Source: an uncultured Atopobium sp.
GTDB lineage: Bacteria > Actinomycetota > Coriobacteriia > Coriobacteriales > Atopobiaceae
Reading direction: 5' to 3'
DNA: 64,000 bases
Assembly (NCBI GenBank): GCA_963518165.1
Contig: CAUQHX010000003.1
Span: forward strand, 34,480-98,479
The stretch's first letter is position 1, and each line of letters opens with the position of its first letter. Below the pieces are notes generated by a model. That model saw nothing but the letters and a program-made list of their open reading frames with translations, had not been told where the DNA came from and did not search any database. Made by a program: the position numbers and the translations under genes. Below are positions 1 to 9,373 of the stretch, piece by piece.

Positions 1-836
1 GGTTTGACAGATTGAGGCATAACAAGCTGGTCAACCTTGGTTTTAAGGTTATCCCCCAGCAGGTATGCGGTAACGCCATAGTAGGTGCCTTCGGAGGCGC
101 GAACTCGAGGAGTAAGGGTAACTACGCCCTTAGAGATAGATGGCGCAGTAGCAAATCTGCCTGGAGATTCAACGGCATCCGTTCCTTCTGAATCGCCCAC
201 ACGCCACACGTAGCAGTGAGAAGACTCACGGGTTTTCTCGCCCGACGAAGAAGGCTGGACAAGCCAAACCACCTTATCGTCTCCGCAGGCAAATGGAGCC
301 GGATCCCAGTTTTTATCAGCCTTGTACAGCACCTTTGCGTCACCTGTGAGCTTGCCGTCAGAAAATGGTGCGGCGAGAAGTTCCCAATCAAAGGTTGTGG
401 TATCCACCTCGACCCATGCGTACACAGAGTCAGAGCAGCGGACGTCGTAAATAACGGCGGTAGTATTGTTCATCTGAGCTGTAGGAACAACGTCAACTAC
501 CTGGCCAGACGTCAGCGAGAGAGCAGAGCCCTTTACCATAGGCGTGGCAGACGCGCCGGCCGTGGTAACGGGAATCCAATTTCCGTCAGCTGGATGCAGC
601 ACGCTTCCTAAAGGAAGCGTCCATGTCTGGCTTGGCTGAGCAGAATATTCCGTTGAACTATAGGAGTCCAGCACGTTTGTGCCAGAAGACTCATCAAGTA
701 CCAGCGGCTTTCCTGCGTCACCCGAGCCCTCTTGATGGGAGCAACCTGCTGCGATGCTAATTGCGCCAGCAACTACTACGCCAGCTGCTCCCGTCTTGAA
801 GAAGTTTCGACGAGAAATGTTCCCAAACAAAGCCAC
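1..836 (-). CDS. Tat-signal lipoprotein of unknown function (partial, runs off the window start)
   Basis: Read manually: GTG at 836, just after the purB stop. It gives MALFGNISRRNFFKTGAAGVVVAGAISIAAGC..., a twin-arginine motif followed by a lipobox Cys. It is absent from the ORF track because its stop lies outside the window. Confidence 0.8.
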   Translation of the reverse strand, partial: MALFGNISRRNFFKTGAAGVVVAGAISIAAGCSHQEGSGDAGKPLVLDESSGTNVLDSYSSTEYSAQPSQTWTLPLGSVLHPADGNWIPVTTAGASATPMVKGSALSLTSGQVVDVVPTAQMNNTTAVIYDVRCSDSVYAWVEVDTTTFDWELLAAPFSDGKLTGDAKVLYKADKNWDPAPFACGDDKVVWLVQPSSSGEKTRESSHCYVWRVGDSEGTDAVESPGRFATAPSISKGVVTLTPRVRASEGTYYGVTAYLLGDNLKTKVDQLVMPQSVK

Positions 837-839
837 GAT

Positions 840-2186
840 TTAGTCCAATTCAAGATGCTCAAGACGGTCAAACAGAACGTTTGAGCGGGTAAGGAACGCG
901 CGAGGATCAAAAATCTTCTCAAGCTCCTCGTGGCTCAGCGTACAAGCTGGATCTTCCTCAAGAAGCTCCTGGTAGGATGGTCCTTCCTTGCACTGCTGAA
1001 TATCTGCCCAGACCTTCATAGCATTGGACTGGACAATCTTGTATGCCTCTTCACGAGTAATACCAGTGTTGACCAGGGCAAGAAGAACCTTTGACGAGAA
1101 GAGCATGCCACGGGTCTTATTGAGGTTGGCCATCATTTGCTCTGGATACAGGACCATGCCATCAAGCAAGAACTCAAGCTTTGACAGCATGTGGTCAAGA
1201 GCAATGAAGCTATCTGCCTGGGCAACGCGCTCAGCGGAAGAGTGGCTGATATCACGCTCGTGCCAAAGAGCAACGTTATCAAAAGCAACCTGTGCGTTTG
1301 CCTTAACTACGCGGGACAAACCACAGATCTTCTCGGCAGTAATAGGGTTGCGCTTGTGAGGCATAGCGGAAGAGCCCTTCTGACCCTTGCGGAATGGCTC
1401 CTCAGCCTCGAGGGTATCGGTCTTCTGCAGCGCACGCATCTCAGTTGCAATACGTTCGCAGGTAGCGGCAACGGTTGCCAGAACACCAGCAAGGTACGCG
1501 TGATGGTCGCGAGAAATTACCTGGGTTGAAAGTGGATCGTGGACAAGACCGAGTTTCTCGCAAACGTACTCCTCAACAAAAGGATCAATGGAAGAGTAAG
1601 TTCCAACAGCACCAGAAATTGCACCATAGGCAACGTTTTTGCGGGCATCCTTCAAGCGGTCAAGGTCGCGCTTAAACTCCCAGGCCCAGCTACCAAATTT
1701 CATGCCAAAGGTCATAGGCTCAGCATGAATGCCATGAGTACGACCAACGCACAGAGTATCGCGCTCCTCAAATGCGCGACGCTTGCAGATAGCAGCGCAA
1801 CGACGAACTGCAGCAATGAGCAGGTCACATGCCTGAGTGAGCTGGTAGCAAAGAGCGGTATCACCCAAGTCTGTTGAGGTCATGCCATAGTGAACCCAGC
1901 GACTTGGCTTAAGCTCACCCTCTGGAACCTTGGCATCGATGTAGGAGCCCATATTGGTCAGGAAGGCAATGACGTCGTGGTTGGTAACGGCCTCAATCTC
2001 GTCTACCTCAGCGCGATTAAACGCAGCGTGCTCTCGAATCCAAGCTGCCTCTTCGCGAGAAATGCCAATAACACCAAGCTCAGCCTGTGCTTCGCACGCA
2101 AGGACTTCAATCTCCTGCCAAACGGCGTACTTGTTCTCCAAAGAAAAGATGTGGCCCATTTCTTTGCCGGTGTAGCGATCTACCAC
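840..2186 (-). CDS. purB: adenylosuccinate lyase
   Basis: Signature GSSAMPHKRNP, plus GRTHG and HYGMTSTD motifs. SD GAAGGAG precedes the GTG. Confidence 0.97.
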   Translation of the reverse strand: MVDRYTGKEMGHIFSLENKYAVWQEIEVLACEAQAELGVIGISREEAAWIREHAAFNRAEVDEIEAVTNHDVIAFLTNMGSYIDAKVPEGELKPSRWVHYGMTSTDLGDTALCYQLTQACDLLIAAVRRCAAICKRRAFEERDTLCVGRTHGIHAEPMTFGMKFGSWAWEFKRDLDRLKDARKNVAYGAISGAVGTYSSIDPFVEEYVCEKLGLVHDPLSTQVISRDHHAYLAGVLATVAATCERIATEMRALQKTDTLEAEEPFRKGQKGSSAMPHKRNPITAEKICGLSRVVKANAQVAFDNVALWHERDISHSSAERVAQADSFIALDHMLSKLEFLLDGMVLYPEQMMANLNKTRGMLFSSKVLLALVNTGITREEAYKIVQSNAMKVWADIQQCKEGPSYQELLEEDPACTLSHEELEKIFDPRAFLTRSNVLFDRLEHLELD

Positions 2187-2207
2187 GATGAGACTCCTTC
2201 TGCTCGT

Positions 2208-2246
2208 AAAAGAAAAGGTCGAGTACCACTATGGTACCCGACCTTT
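2208..2246 (-). terminator. intrinsic terminator after tRNA-Lys
   Basis: Stem AAAGGTCGAGTACCA/TGGTACCCGACCTTT, followed on the minus strand by TTTTCTTTT. Confidence 0.7.
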
Positions 2247-2254
2247 GAATTACC

Positions 2255-2330
2255 TGGTGGGCCGTTAGGGGTTCGAACCCTAGACCTTGGGATTAAAAGT
2301 CCCCTGCTCTACCAACTGAGCTAACGGCCC
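2255..2330 (-). tRNA. tRNA-Lys(UUU)
   Basis: Cloverleaf GGGCCGTTAGCTCAGTTGGTAGAGC...CTTTTAA...GGTTCGAACCC...CCA. Confidence 0.97.
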
Positions 2331-2378
2331 ATTATCGGGCGTGGCAATTTTACCACGCAACTAGGATAGTGTAGCAGT

Positions 2379-3656
2379 TTACTCCCATGCCCATTGTCCA
2401 TTTACGAAAATTGGTGTTTCTTTTCCATCGGCAGAAATTCCCCAAATATTCAAATCGTCTGCACCAATCATAAAATCGACGTGTGTTGTGCTCTGATTGA
2501 CGCCATGAGCCAGGAGTTCATCAGGGTTCATCTCAAGACCACCCTCCAGGCACTCTGGGAAGCCCATTCCAAGCGCTAAGTGGCAGCTAGCGTTCTCGTC
2601 ATAGAGAGTGTCGTAGAACAAAATACCGCTCTGGCGAATAGGCGTGTTCTTGGAGATAAGAGCACATTCTCCCAGGTATTTGCCACCTTTTTGAGAAACA
2701 ATAGAGGTCAGAACGTCCTTGCCCTGTTCAGCGCCGTAGTCAACAACCTCGCCATCTTTGAAGGTAAACCAGAAGTTCTTAACAATCTGTCCAGCGTGAA
2801 TCAGCGGCAGCGCAGAGTGAACAGTGCCGTTTACCTTGCGATAATTTGGCGTGGTAAAAACTTCCTCAGTAGGAATGTTAGGGAAGAACAAAGTTCCGTC
2901 CTGGGTCTTGCCAGCGCCGCCCTCCCAAAGATGTCCTGGATTCATGCCAATGGTCAGGTTAGTTCCATTTGCAGACTCATAACGAAGCTCTTCAAACTGG
3001 TGAGAATTCATGAAGCGCTTGGTCTTCTCAAATGTTGCATTGTGGGTCTCCCAAGCACTCTGAGGATCTTCTCCACTTGCATGAGCAACGTCCAAAATAG
3101 CAACCCAAAGCCTGTAGATTGCCTCAGCCTCAGAAAGCTCTGGGAAAATTACCTTTGCCCATTCAGCTGCAGGAACGCCAGCAATACACCAAACGTTTTT
3201 ACCAAAGTCCATGCCATTTCTAAAGACGTCGCACTCCAGGTTTCTTGCACGAGAAACGGCAGCTGGCTTTTCTGGATCAATGCCCTTCAGACCATTTGGG
3301 TCATCAGACGAGAGGAACAAAAATGCTGCACCCTGCTCTGCAAGGGAGTTAAGCTGCTCAATCTTCCAGCTTGGAGTTTTAGAAAGACGAGCTAGATCAA
3401 CATTTTCATACATGATTCTTGAGGACTCTTGATCGCCCCAAATAACCGTGACAAATTCTGCGCCAGCTGCATAAGCTGCGCGCTGAACCCTACGAGCAAA
3501 ATCGGCAATCTCAATTGAGGCGTTAATTACCAGCTGACTTCCCTCAGAAATTGCGCATCCCTTCTTCACAAGAAGTTCAGCGTATTTATCAATCTGATCA
3601 GACAGCGCATCAAGGGCAATCTTTACCTCTTGGTCTGTCATAGGAATTTGTGCCAT
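2379..3656 (-). CDS. pepS: M29 family aminopeptidase (PepS/AmpS)
   Basis: Motifs PNIPTEEVFT, LGECAL, LYDENASCHLALG and THVDFMIG. Start moved to ATG 3656 (SD GAAGGG) because the longer ORF overlaps tRNA-Gly. Confidence 0.9.
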   Translation of the reverse strand: MAQIPMTDQEVKIALDALSDQIDKYAELLVKKGCAISEGSQLVINASIEIADFARRVQRAAYAAGAEFVTVIWGDQESSRIMYENVDLARLSKTPSWKIEQLNSLAEQGAAFLFLSSDDPNGLKGIDPEKPAAVSRARNLECDVFRNGMDFGKNVWCIAGVPAAEWAKVIFPELSEAEAIYRLWVAILDVAHASGEDPQSAWETHNATFEKTKRFMNSHQFEELRYESANGTNLTIGMNPGHLWEGGAGKTQDGTLFFPNIPTEEVFTTPNYRKVNGTVHSALPLIHAGQIVKNFWFTFKDGEVVDYGAEQGKDVLTSIVSQKGGKYLGECALISKNTPIRQSGILFYDTLYDENASCHLALGMGFPECLEGGLEMNPDELLAHGVNQSTTHVDFMIGADDLNIWGISADGKETPIFVNGQWAWE

Positions 3657-3791
3657 GTTGTTCCCTTCAACCATCAATCCACGTAATTCAAGAAAGTAAG
3701 AGCAAACTTCTTGGCGATATATCCAAAGTATTTCCGTTCCACTTCTACCCGAACAACCTTCTTCACAACGCCAAATTTCAATCTTGTCCAT

Positions 3792-3814
3792 AAAAAGAGC
3801 CCCGAAGGGCTCTT
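3792..3814 (-). terminator. intrinsic terminator after tRNA-Gly
   Basis: AAGAGCCC-CGAA-GGGCTCTT with a T-run on the minus strand. Confidence 0.75.
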
Positions 3815-3823
3815 GTATGTCAT

Positions 3824-3898
3824 TGGAGCGGGCAACGGGATTCGAACCCGCGGATGATGGCTTGGGAAGCCATTGCCTTACCACTTGGCGATGCCCGC
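3824..3898 (-). tRNA. tRNA-Gly(CCC)
   Basis: GCGGGCATCGCCAAGTGGTAAGGC...TTCCCAA...GGTTCGAATCCC...CCA. Extended -10 TGATAAAAT lies at 3909-3917 on the minus strand. Confidence 0.96.
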
Positions 3899-4105
3899 AA
3901 TTGTGTAGATTTTATCACAGTATTTTTTGCCTTTTGATTGCTTGCTCAGCAACTAGATAAAAGTTTGATGCATCATTTTCTGCCTAGCTGCTTGTATACA
4001 ACAAAAATGCGCCTACACAAATTTTCTTTGTCAGAAATTGGACAAGCGCTGGTCAGAATAGGCACAAAATCACTCTTTAGCATGCTCTCCAACGAAAGGA
4101 GCGCT

Positions 4106-4315
4106 ATGCAAAAGTACTTTTGGCGAGAAACCCCCGCACACCACTATCCAACCTCTTATAGACGCCTACTCTCCACCCGACAACTCCACCTTCCTCGGGC
4201 AAAGCTGCTTGGCGGAGACCCCGTCATGCCAAGCAGCTTTCCTTCAATAGGACATGCAGGTCTGCGGTCGCGTCTAGCAGACAGGTTTTCTCGCAAACCC
4301 GAGGCTCCCCCATAA
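4106..4315 (+). CDS. possible small basic protein (69 aa); coding status uncertain
   Basis: Strong SD AAAGGAG 5 nt before ATG 4106, and the ORF ends just before the fur terminator. No recognisable domain. Confidence 0.35.
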   Translation: MQKYFWRETPAHHYPTSYRRLLSTRQLHLPRAKLLGGDPVMPSSFPSIGHAGLRSRLADRFSRKPEAPP

Positions 4316-4342
4316 AGAAAAAGACCGGTGGACACCGGTCTT
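4314..4342 (-). terminator. terminator of the Fur-family gene
   Basis: Stem AAGACCGGTG/CACCGGTCTT with an A-run on the + strand upstream. Confidence 0.7.
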
Positions 4343-4369
4343 AAAGAGAGCTGTTATGTTGCAATGCAA

Positions 4370-4771
4370 TTAGTTTACGCTGTGATGAAGCGCTGGATTC
4401 TTAGCTAGGCACTCATTACAAATACCCGTAAAGCACAGAGCGTAAGAGTCAATCTCACCGCAAGAGTCCTTGGTGAGGCTGGTAAGATCCCTTAGAACTG
4501 GTCCATCAACATCAAAGACACGGCCGCACTCATGACACTGGAAGTGGGCATGCTCGGATGTAGTTGGATCAAAACGAGAGATGTTATCACCGGTATTAAC
4601 AACCTGAAGCTCACCTGCGTCAACGAGCTGCATAAGGTTGCGGTAAACAGTTCCAAGAGAGATGTTTGGTAGTTCCTCTCTTACTGCCGCATACACGCTA
4701 TCTGCTGTTGGATGGTCGTGGCGACCTTCCATATACGTACGAATTGCCTCACGTTGCTTACTGTAACGCAC
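4370..4771 (-). CDS. Fur family transcriptional repressor (PerR-like)
   Basis: HPTA, ISLGTVYRNL, HAHFQCHECG and a C-terminal CxxC. Confidence 0.93.
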   Translation of the reverse strand: MRYSKQREAIRTYMEGRHDHPTADSVYAAVREELPNISLGTVYRNLMQLVDAGELQVVNTGDNISRFDPTTSEHAHFQCHECGRVFDVDGPVLRDLTSLTKDSCGEIDSYALCFTGICNECLAKNPALHHSVN

Positions 4772-4917
4772 GATAACCTCATTAATTAGTAAGTGTTACT
4801 GATTACTGAATACGTTAACACTAATTGTCTATATGTTGCAACAAAAGCTCACATTTATGCATTACAAAAATCTCACTGTACGCAATCTACCTCTGATTTT
4901 TCAGTTTGGAGGCACGC

Positions 4918-7173
4918 ATGTTTATCACAAAATCCTCAAAACCTAAGAAGGAAGCAATCACACGGAGGTACTCCTTTGCTTCTGTCTGTCACTTTTGGTT
5001 TATCCCTCTGTTGATTGGAGCTCTTCTCCTTAGTCATTTTTTCCTAAAGCCTGCTCATAGACTTGCTTTTGCACAAGAACCCTCTTTTACCGTTGCACAA
5101 AGAGAAGATTTTCCTGGTGGACAACAAATTCCTATGTGGACCGCTAGCGACGGTACGTATCTTTACTGCGGAGATGAATTCAATCACTATGGCGCCTGGC
5201 CAGGAGCAACTGGAAGTGTAATTGACCCTCAGTCTTATACAAAACTCACCTCAGCTAGCGGCGCTCGAGGTGGAACGTATACCGCCGAGCAGCTTCGAGC
5301 TATTGACTACATCATTTATCACGGAGCAACTGCGTCCCAAGAAAAAGACGTATATGGCTATACAGGCTGGAAGGCGCGAGCTATCACGCAGTTTGCGCTT
5401 TGGGCGGTTATGCGCGGAGAAGCTCATGCTCTTGCGGTGAGTGTTCCTCAGGCAGAGCTTCATCAACCTATTGAGCAGTTCTATTCCGATGCTATGAGCT
5501 ATGCTCAAACCAACGGCGGCGGTCCTGAGAACGGAGTTGCAAAGCTGTTCGTACCCACAGGAGACAAACAGGTTCTGTTTTTCTTCGGACAACAATTTGG
5601 CTCTCTCAAAATCACCAAAGGCTCCCTATTACCCGATGTCACCTCAAATAACGAGCACTACTCCCTAGAAGGCGCTGTTTACGGAGTATATTCCGACGAG
5701 GGTTGCACCAATCTTCTTGGCAGCCTCACTCTTGACGAATCTGGGTCTGCAACGCTCGATGAGCTTCCTGTTGGAACGGTGTACGTAAAAGAAACCACTG
5801 CACCAAAGGGCTTTCTTCTTGATCAAACAATTCATGCTGTAGAGATAAAAAACCAGGAAGAGAGCGCTCTCACGGTTACCGACACTCCTGTCGGAGACTT
5901 TAATCTACGCATTTCAAAACAAGACTTTGACCACAGTACGAGCCTCAGCGAAAACAATCATTCCGAGCAGCAAAGTGCTTCTCCCCAGGGAAACGCAACA
6001 CTGCAAGGTGCGCTTTTTAAGGTGACCTACAGCAACTCCCCTGAAACCACGCTTAGAACATGGGTTTTCTCGACCGACGAACAGGGTTTTGCCTCGTTTA
6101 ACGCAGAACATAAGGTTTCCGGAGATGACCTTTTTACTCTTGGCGAGAAACCCTGGCTTCCTCTGGGGTATTACCAAATCGAAGAAATTCAAGCACCTGA
6201 AGGCTATAAACTTCCAGAACATTCACTTCAAACCTGGAAACTATCAAGCCAAGATGGAAATCTGTTTTGGACAAATATCTCTAGCGGAAAAGTAAATCCT
6301 TCCTCTGAACACCTCTTCACCTTTAAAGACGAGGTAATAAAAGGAAGTCTTAAGATCAAGAAAATTGGACACACTTCTCTGAATTCATCCGATGGTTATT
6401 CTGAAGCAGAAGAAATGCCAAGTTTAAAGGGCGCCAAAATTGAACTCACCAATAACTCCGCTCAGCCCATTTTCTACCAAGGCAACTGGATTGCTCCGCA
6501 CGAAGTTGTCACCACAGTAGAAACAGACGATTCTGGAGAGGCAGCGATTAAAGACCTTCCCTTTGGCTCCTACTCGCTTAAAGAGGTGCTGGCTCCAGCA
6601 GGTTATTCTCTCAACAAAGAATGGAACCCTGCGGTTACCCTTACTTCTGAAGAGACTATAGAAGCTCCCGAGCTTATTGATGAAAGAATTTCTTTACAAA
6701 CGATGCTTGTAGATGCCACAGGATCAAAAAATCCTGAATATGCCGAGAAACTCAATCTTGTTGATCACATTAAATACGAGGGTCTTACCCCAGGAGAAGA
6801 GTACGAAATTACCGGAGAGCTTTATGAGACAAAACAGCTCCAAGAAGGTACAGCAGAGCCCATCGCTCGCGGAACTGTCCGCTTCAAAGCTCCTACCTCA
6901 TCGGGAGAAGCTGCGGTTCCTTTTTCTGTAAGGACCGCTTCACTTGAAGGTAAAGAAGTTACTGCCTACGAAACAATTTCAAAAGATGGTGAGAAAGTTG
7001 CTTCGCACACCGACAGTCACTCTAAAGCACAAACAATTCGTGTGACCCCTAAGCCCCATCTTCCTGGAACAGCAGATAATGCCTACGCAGTGCCCCTTTT
7101 GCTTGCCCTGGCAGGATCGGTACTTATTGGATGTGTCCACTTATTTGCAGCAAAAATTAGACGTTCTTTTTAG
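4918..7173 (+). CDS. LPXTG-anchored adhesin with a Cys-Gln thioester (TQXA) domain, SpaA/Cna-B-like repeats and a VaFE-type repeat
   Basis: Signal peptide, YLYCG and TQFALW motifs, three E-box repeats (YVKETTAPKGF, YQIEEIQAPEGY, YSLKEVLAPAGY), VTAYE, then LPGTA + TM + basic tail. Confidence 0.85.
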   Translation: MFITKSSKPKKEAITRRYSFASVCHFWFIPLLIGALLLSHFFLKPAHRLAFAQEPSFTVAQREDFPGGQQIPMWTASDGTYLYCGDEFNHYGAWPGATGSVIDPQSYTKLTSASGARGGTYTAEQLRAIDYIIYHGATASQEKDVYGYTGWKARAITQFALWAVMRGEAHALAVSVPQAELHQPIEQFYSDAMSYAQTNGGGPENGVAKLFVPTGDKQVLFFFGQQFGSLKITKGSLLPDVTSNNEHYSLEGAVYGVYSDEGCTNLLGSLTLDESGSATLDELPVGTVYVKETTAPKGFLLDQTIHAVEIKNQEESALTVTDTPVGDFNLRISKQDFDHSTSLSENNHSEQQSASPQGNATLQGALFKVTYSNSPETTLRTWVFSTDEQGFASFNAEHKVSGDDLFTLGEKPWLPLGYYQIEEIQAPEGYKLPEHSLQTWKLSSQDGNLFWTNISSGKVNPSSEHLFTFKDEVIKGSLKIKKIGHTSLNSSDGYSEAEEMPSLKGAKIELTNNSAQPIFYQGNWIAPHEVVTTVETDDSGEAAIKDLPFGSYSLKEVLAPAGYSLNKEWNPAVTLTSEETIEAPELIDERISLQTMLVDATGSKNPEYAEKLNLVDHIKYEGLTPGEEYEITGELYETKQLQEGTAEPIARGTVRFKAPTSSGEAAVPFSVRTASLEGKEVTAYETISKDGEKVASHTDSHSKAQTIRVTPKPHLPGTADNAYAVPLLLALAGSVLIGCVHLFAAKIRRSF

Positions 7174-7196
7174 TTGAGCAACCTTGCCTTAGCGCT

Positions 7197-7230
7197 AAAA
7201 AAGAAAGGGCAGAAATCTCTGCCCTTTCTT
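7197..7230. terminator. bidirectional terminator between convergent genes
   Basis: AAGAAAGGGCAGA-AATC-TCTGCCCTTTCTT. Confidence 0.8.
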
Positions 7231-7261
7231 AAAAACTTACTCTAGCTAGTAACTTGTTCGT

Positions 7262-9184
7262 TTATGAGCGTCTAATAAGCTCAGTAACAAGAGCTGCGGC
7301 ATCGGCACACTGACCAGCGTTAACGTTCTCGCGAACATCAGCGGCGGTACGACTGAGCGCAGGAAGTCCGTCCTCATTTAAGCCCATTAAGGTAACGGAA
7401 CGAACTGAATTCTGCATTGCAGGAGTTGCGTCAGTGGTTCCCCAATCAAAGGCGCTCTGCTCAACATCGATATGAAGATCAGTTGCAATAGTAGAAAGGA
7501 GTCGAGTCATTCTACGGTCAGCACGGCGAACGTTGCCAATTCCCTCGTTCTTAAGGATGGAGAGTGAGCCAGCACCAACGCAGTCAAGGTTAATCAAGAA
7601 AGCACCGCGAATATCAGTTCTGTGCTTTGAAAGGAACTCTCTCATGCCTGCGTGATCAAAGTCAGATGCTCCAAGCGCAACAAACCAAATGTCATGTGCA
7701 ATGAGCTCGTCATCAGAGAGAGACAGGACGGCATTACGAAGATCATCCTCAGAAATAGCGGCTGCATCTTCAGAGTCGGTCTCTTCACGATTCTCAGCAG
7801 ATGGAGCTGCGCCGCCCTTCCAGTCATCCGATGGACCGTCGTTGCGACCGAAGAGTCTAAAGGAACGACGCTTTGCCTCAGGAGTCTTTGCGTCTTGAGC
7901 CTCTGTTAGGCCCTCATCGGCTGAAATGGTATCGAATGGACTCTCTGCGTCTTCTGCCTCTGGAGTTGGTGCAGCTGTCTGAGTTGGGACATAGTGAGGA
8001 GCTGGCTCGGAAGATGGAGCCAGTGGATCAACAGCATCGCCAGAAGGATCAGGAAGATCAAAGAGGGACGCACGACGAGCAAAATCGTTCTTAGCATGGA
8101 GCTCATGTGTTGCTTCAGGCTGAACCTGTGTTGCATCTGCATCAGCGGACTCATGAACCTGCTTCATGGTTGCATTAAGCTCATCGTCAACAGAATCATA
8201 AGCAACGGTGTTGTCGGCAGCATCCTCAGCCTGCTCGTCTTCTGTTGTTGCGTTTACGGCCTCTGCAACATCCTCAAGAGATGCTGTCTGGCTTGCACCA
8301 GTAGTGTCATAAGCAACGTAGCTTACTTCGCAGTCCTCAGGAAGAATACCCAGTGAATTGAGAACTTCCTCACCATGACGGACACCCTCTACCTCATCAG
8401 GCTCTGGGATAAGTGCAGCAGCATCTCCTGCAAAGTGATGAACAACCTCAGGACGATGGCCGGTAGGACGGACATTCTCGAGAATGCCAAGAAGAGCTGC
8501 AACTGAAGACTTGTTATTGTTTGCGCCAATAGTACAAGGTGCAAAACGCTCTGCAATAGTCGCAACAGAAAGAGCAACAAGTGGAAGAGCTGCAAGAATA
8601 CCAACAATCCAGAAGAGGACACGAACTGGATCAGGAAGGAAGCGAAGGATCTGAACAAACGTAGCAACAAACACTGCAACTACACACCAACGCGAATACT
8701 TCTGTGCAAGAGGTACGTATTTTGCTACAGGAGACTCAACAAGGAAGTTTGTATGTGGAGAGTCATAGTGAGCAACGATAACGATTGGACGGTTACCCTT
8801 TGCAACAAGCTCGCCAGCGGCCTCGTGCTTAGCAACAACGTTCTGGCTTCTGATGGAAGATCCGAACGAACCAAGAATGTCATTACCAAAGTACTTGAGG
8901 CACGTAAGTGCGCCAAAGCCGACAACAAGCAGAACGCCAAAAGCAATAAGTGCTGCATTGCCAGTGCCTGCAAAAATAACGCCAATAAAGAGGAGGATTA
9001 AATAGATTGAATAACCAAGACTCTTAATAGACTTAGCATCAAATTCTTCAATGGTTGCCTCAAGCCCGTGAAGTTTCATTTCTTCAGCAATGGTTTGAGC
9101 AGCCTGAAGCTCCTCTTGGCTACCGGCAGGAGCAATATCAATCTGCTCGTCTAGATAGTCAACATAGTCATGTGTAATGGCCAT
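7262..9184 (-). CDS. membrane protein with an M28 peptidase-like fold, degenerate active site and long acidic insertion
   Basis: SQNVVA, IVIVAHYDS, GANNNKSSVAALL and INLDCVG motifs, with about 4 TM segments. SD GAAGGA precedes ATG 9184. Confidence 0.75.
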   Translation of the reverse strand: MAITHDYVDYLDEQIDIAPAGSQEELQAAQTIAEEMKLHGLEATIEEFDAKSIKSLGYSIYLILLFIGVIFAGTGNAALIAFGVLLVVGFGALTCLKYFGNDILGSFGSSIRSQNVVAKHEAAGELVAKGNRPIVIVAHYDSPHTNFLVESPVAKYVPLAQKYSRWCVVAVFVATFVQILRFLPDPVRVLFWIVGILAALPLVALSVATIAERFAPCTIGANNNKSSVAALLGILENVRPTGHRPEVVHHFAGDAAALIPEPDEVEGVRHGEEVLNSLGILPEDCEVSYVAYDTTGASQTASLEDVAEAVNATTEDEQAEDAADNTVAYDSVDDELNATMKQVHESADADATQVQPEATHELHAKNDFARRASLFDLPDPSGDAVDPLAPSSEPAPHYVPTQTAAPTPEAEDAESPFDTISADEGLTEAQDAKTPEAKRRSFRLFGRNDGPSDDWKGGAAPSAENREETDSEDAAAISEDDLRNAVLSLSDDELIAHDIWFVALGASDFDHAGMREFLSKHRTDIRGAFLINLDCVGAGSLSILKNEGIGNVRRADRRMTRLLSTIATDLHIDVEQSAFDWGTTDATPAMQNSVRSVTLMGLNEDGLPALSRTAADVRENVNAGQCADAAALVTELIRRS

Positions 9185-9373
9185 ACTGCGTCCTTCGTTG
9201 GCATGTCTTTTGACAGGTTTCATACATACGTCATTAGTATACGTCTTATATCGAAATGTAGCGGTTAAAGTGTATTTTTACGTCCAAATTTAGAAATTCT
9301 GCACTAAATATCAAAAACTTTCGTATATGTTTAGAGAGATTCGAGTTCAGGTAGTAAAAAGCGGGAGGTGGAT

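Noticed and set aside
3657..3884. N-terminal extension of the 501-aa ORF
   Set aside because: It overlaps tRNA-Gly and its terminator. The SD-supported start is at 3656.
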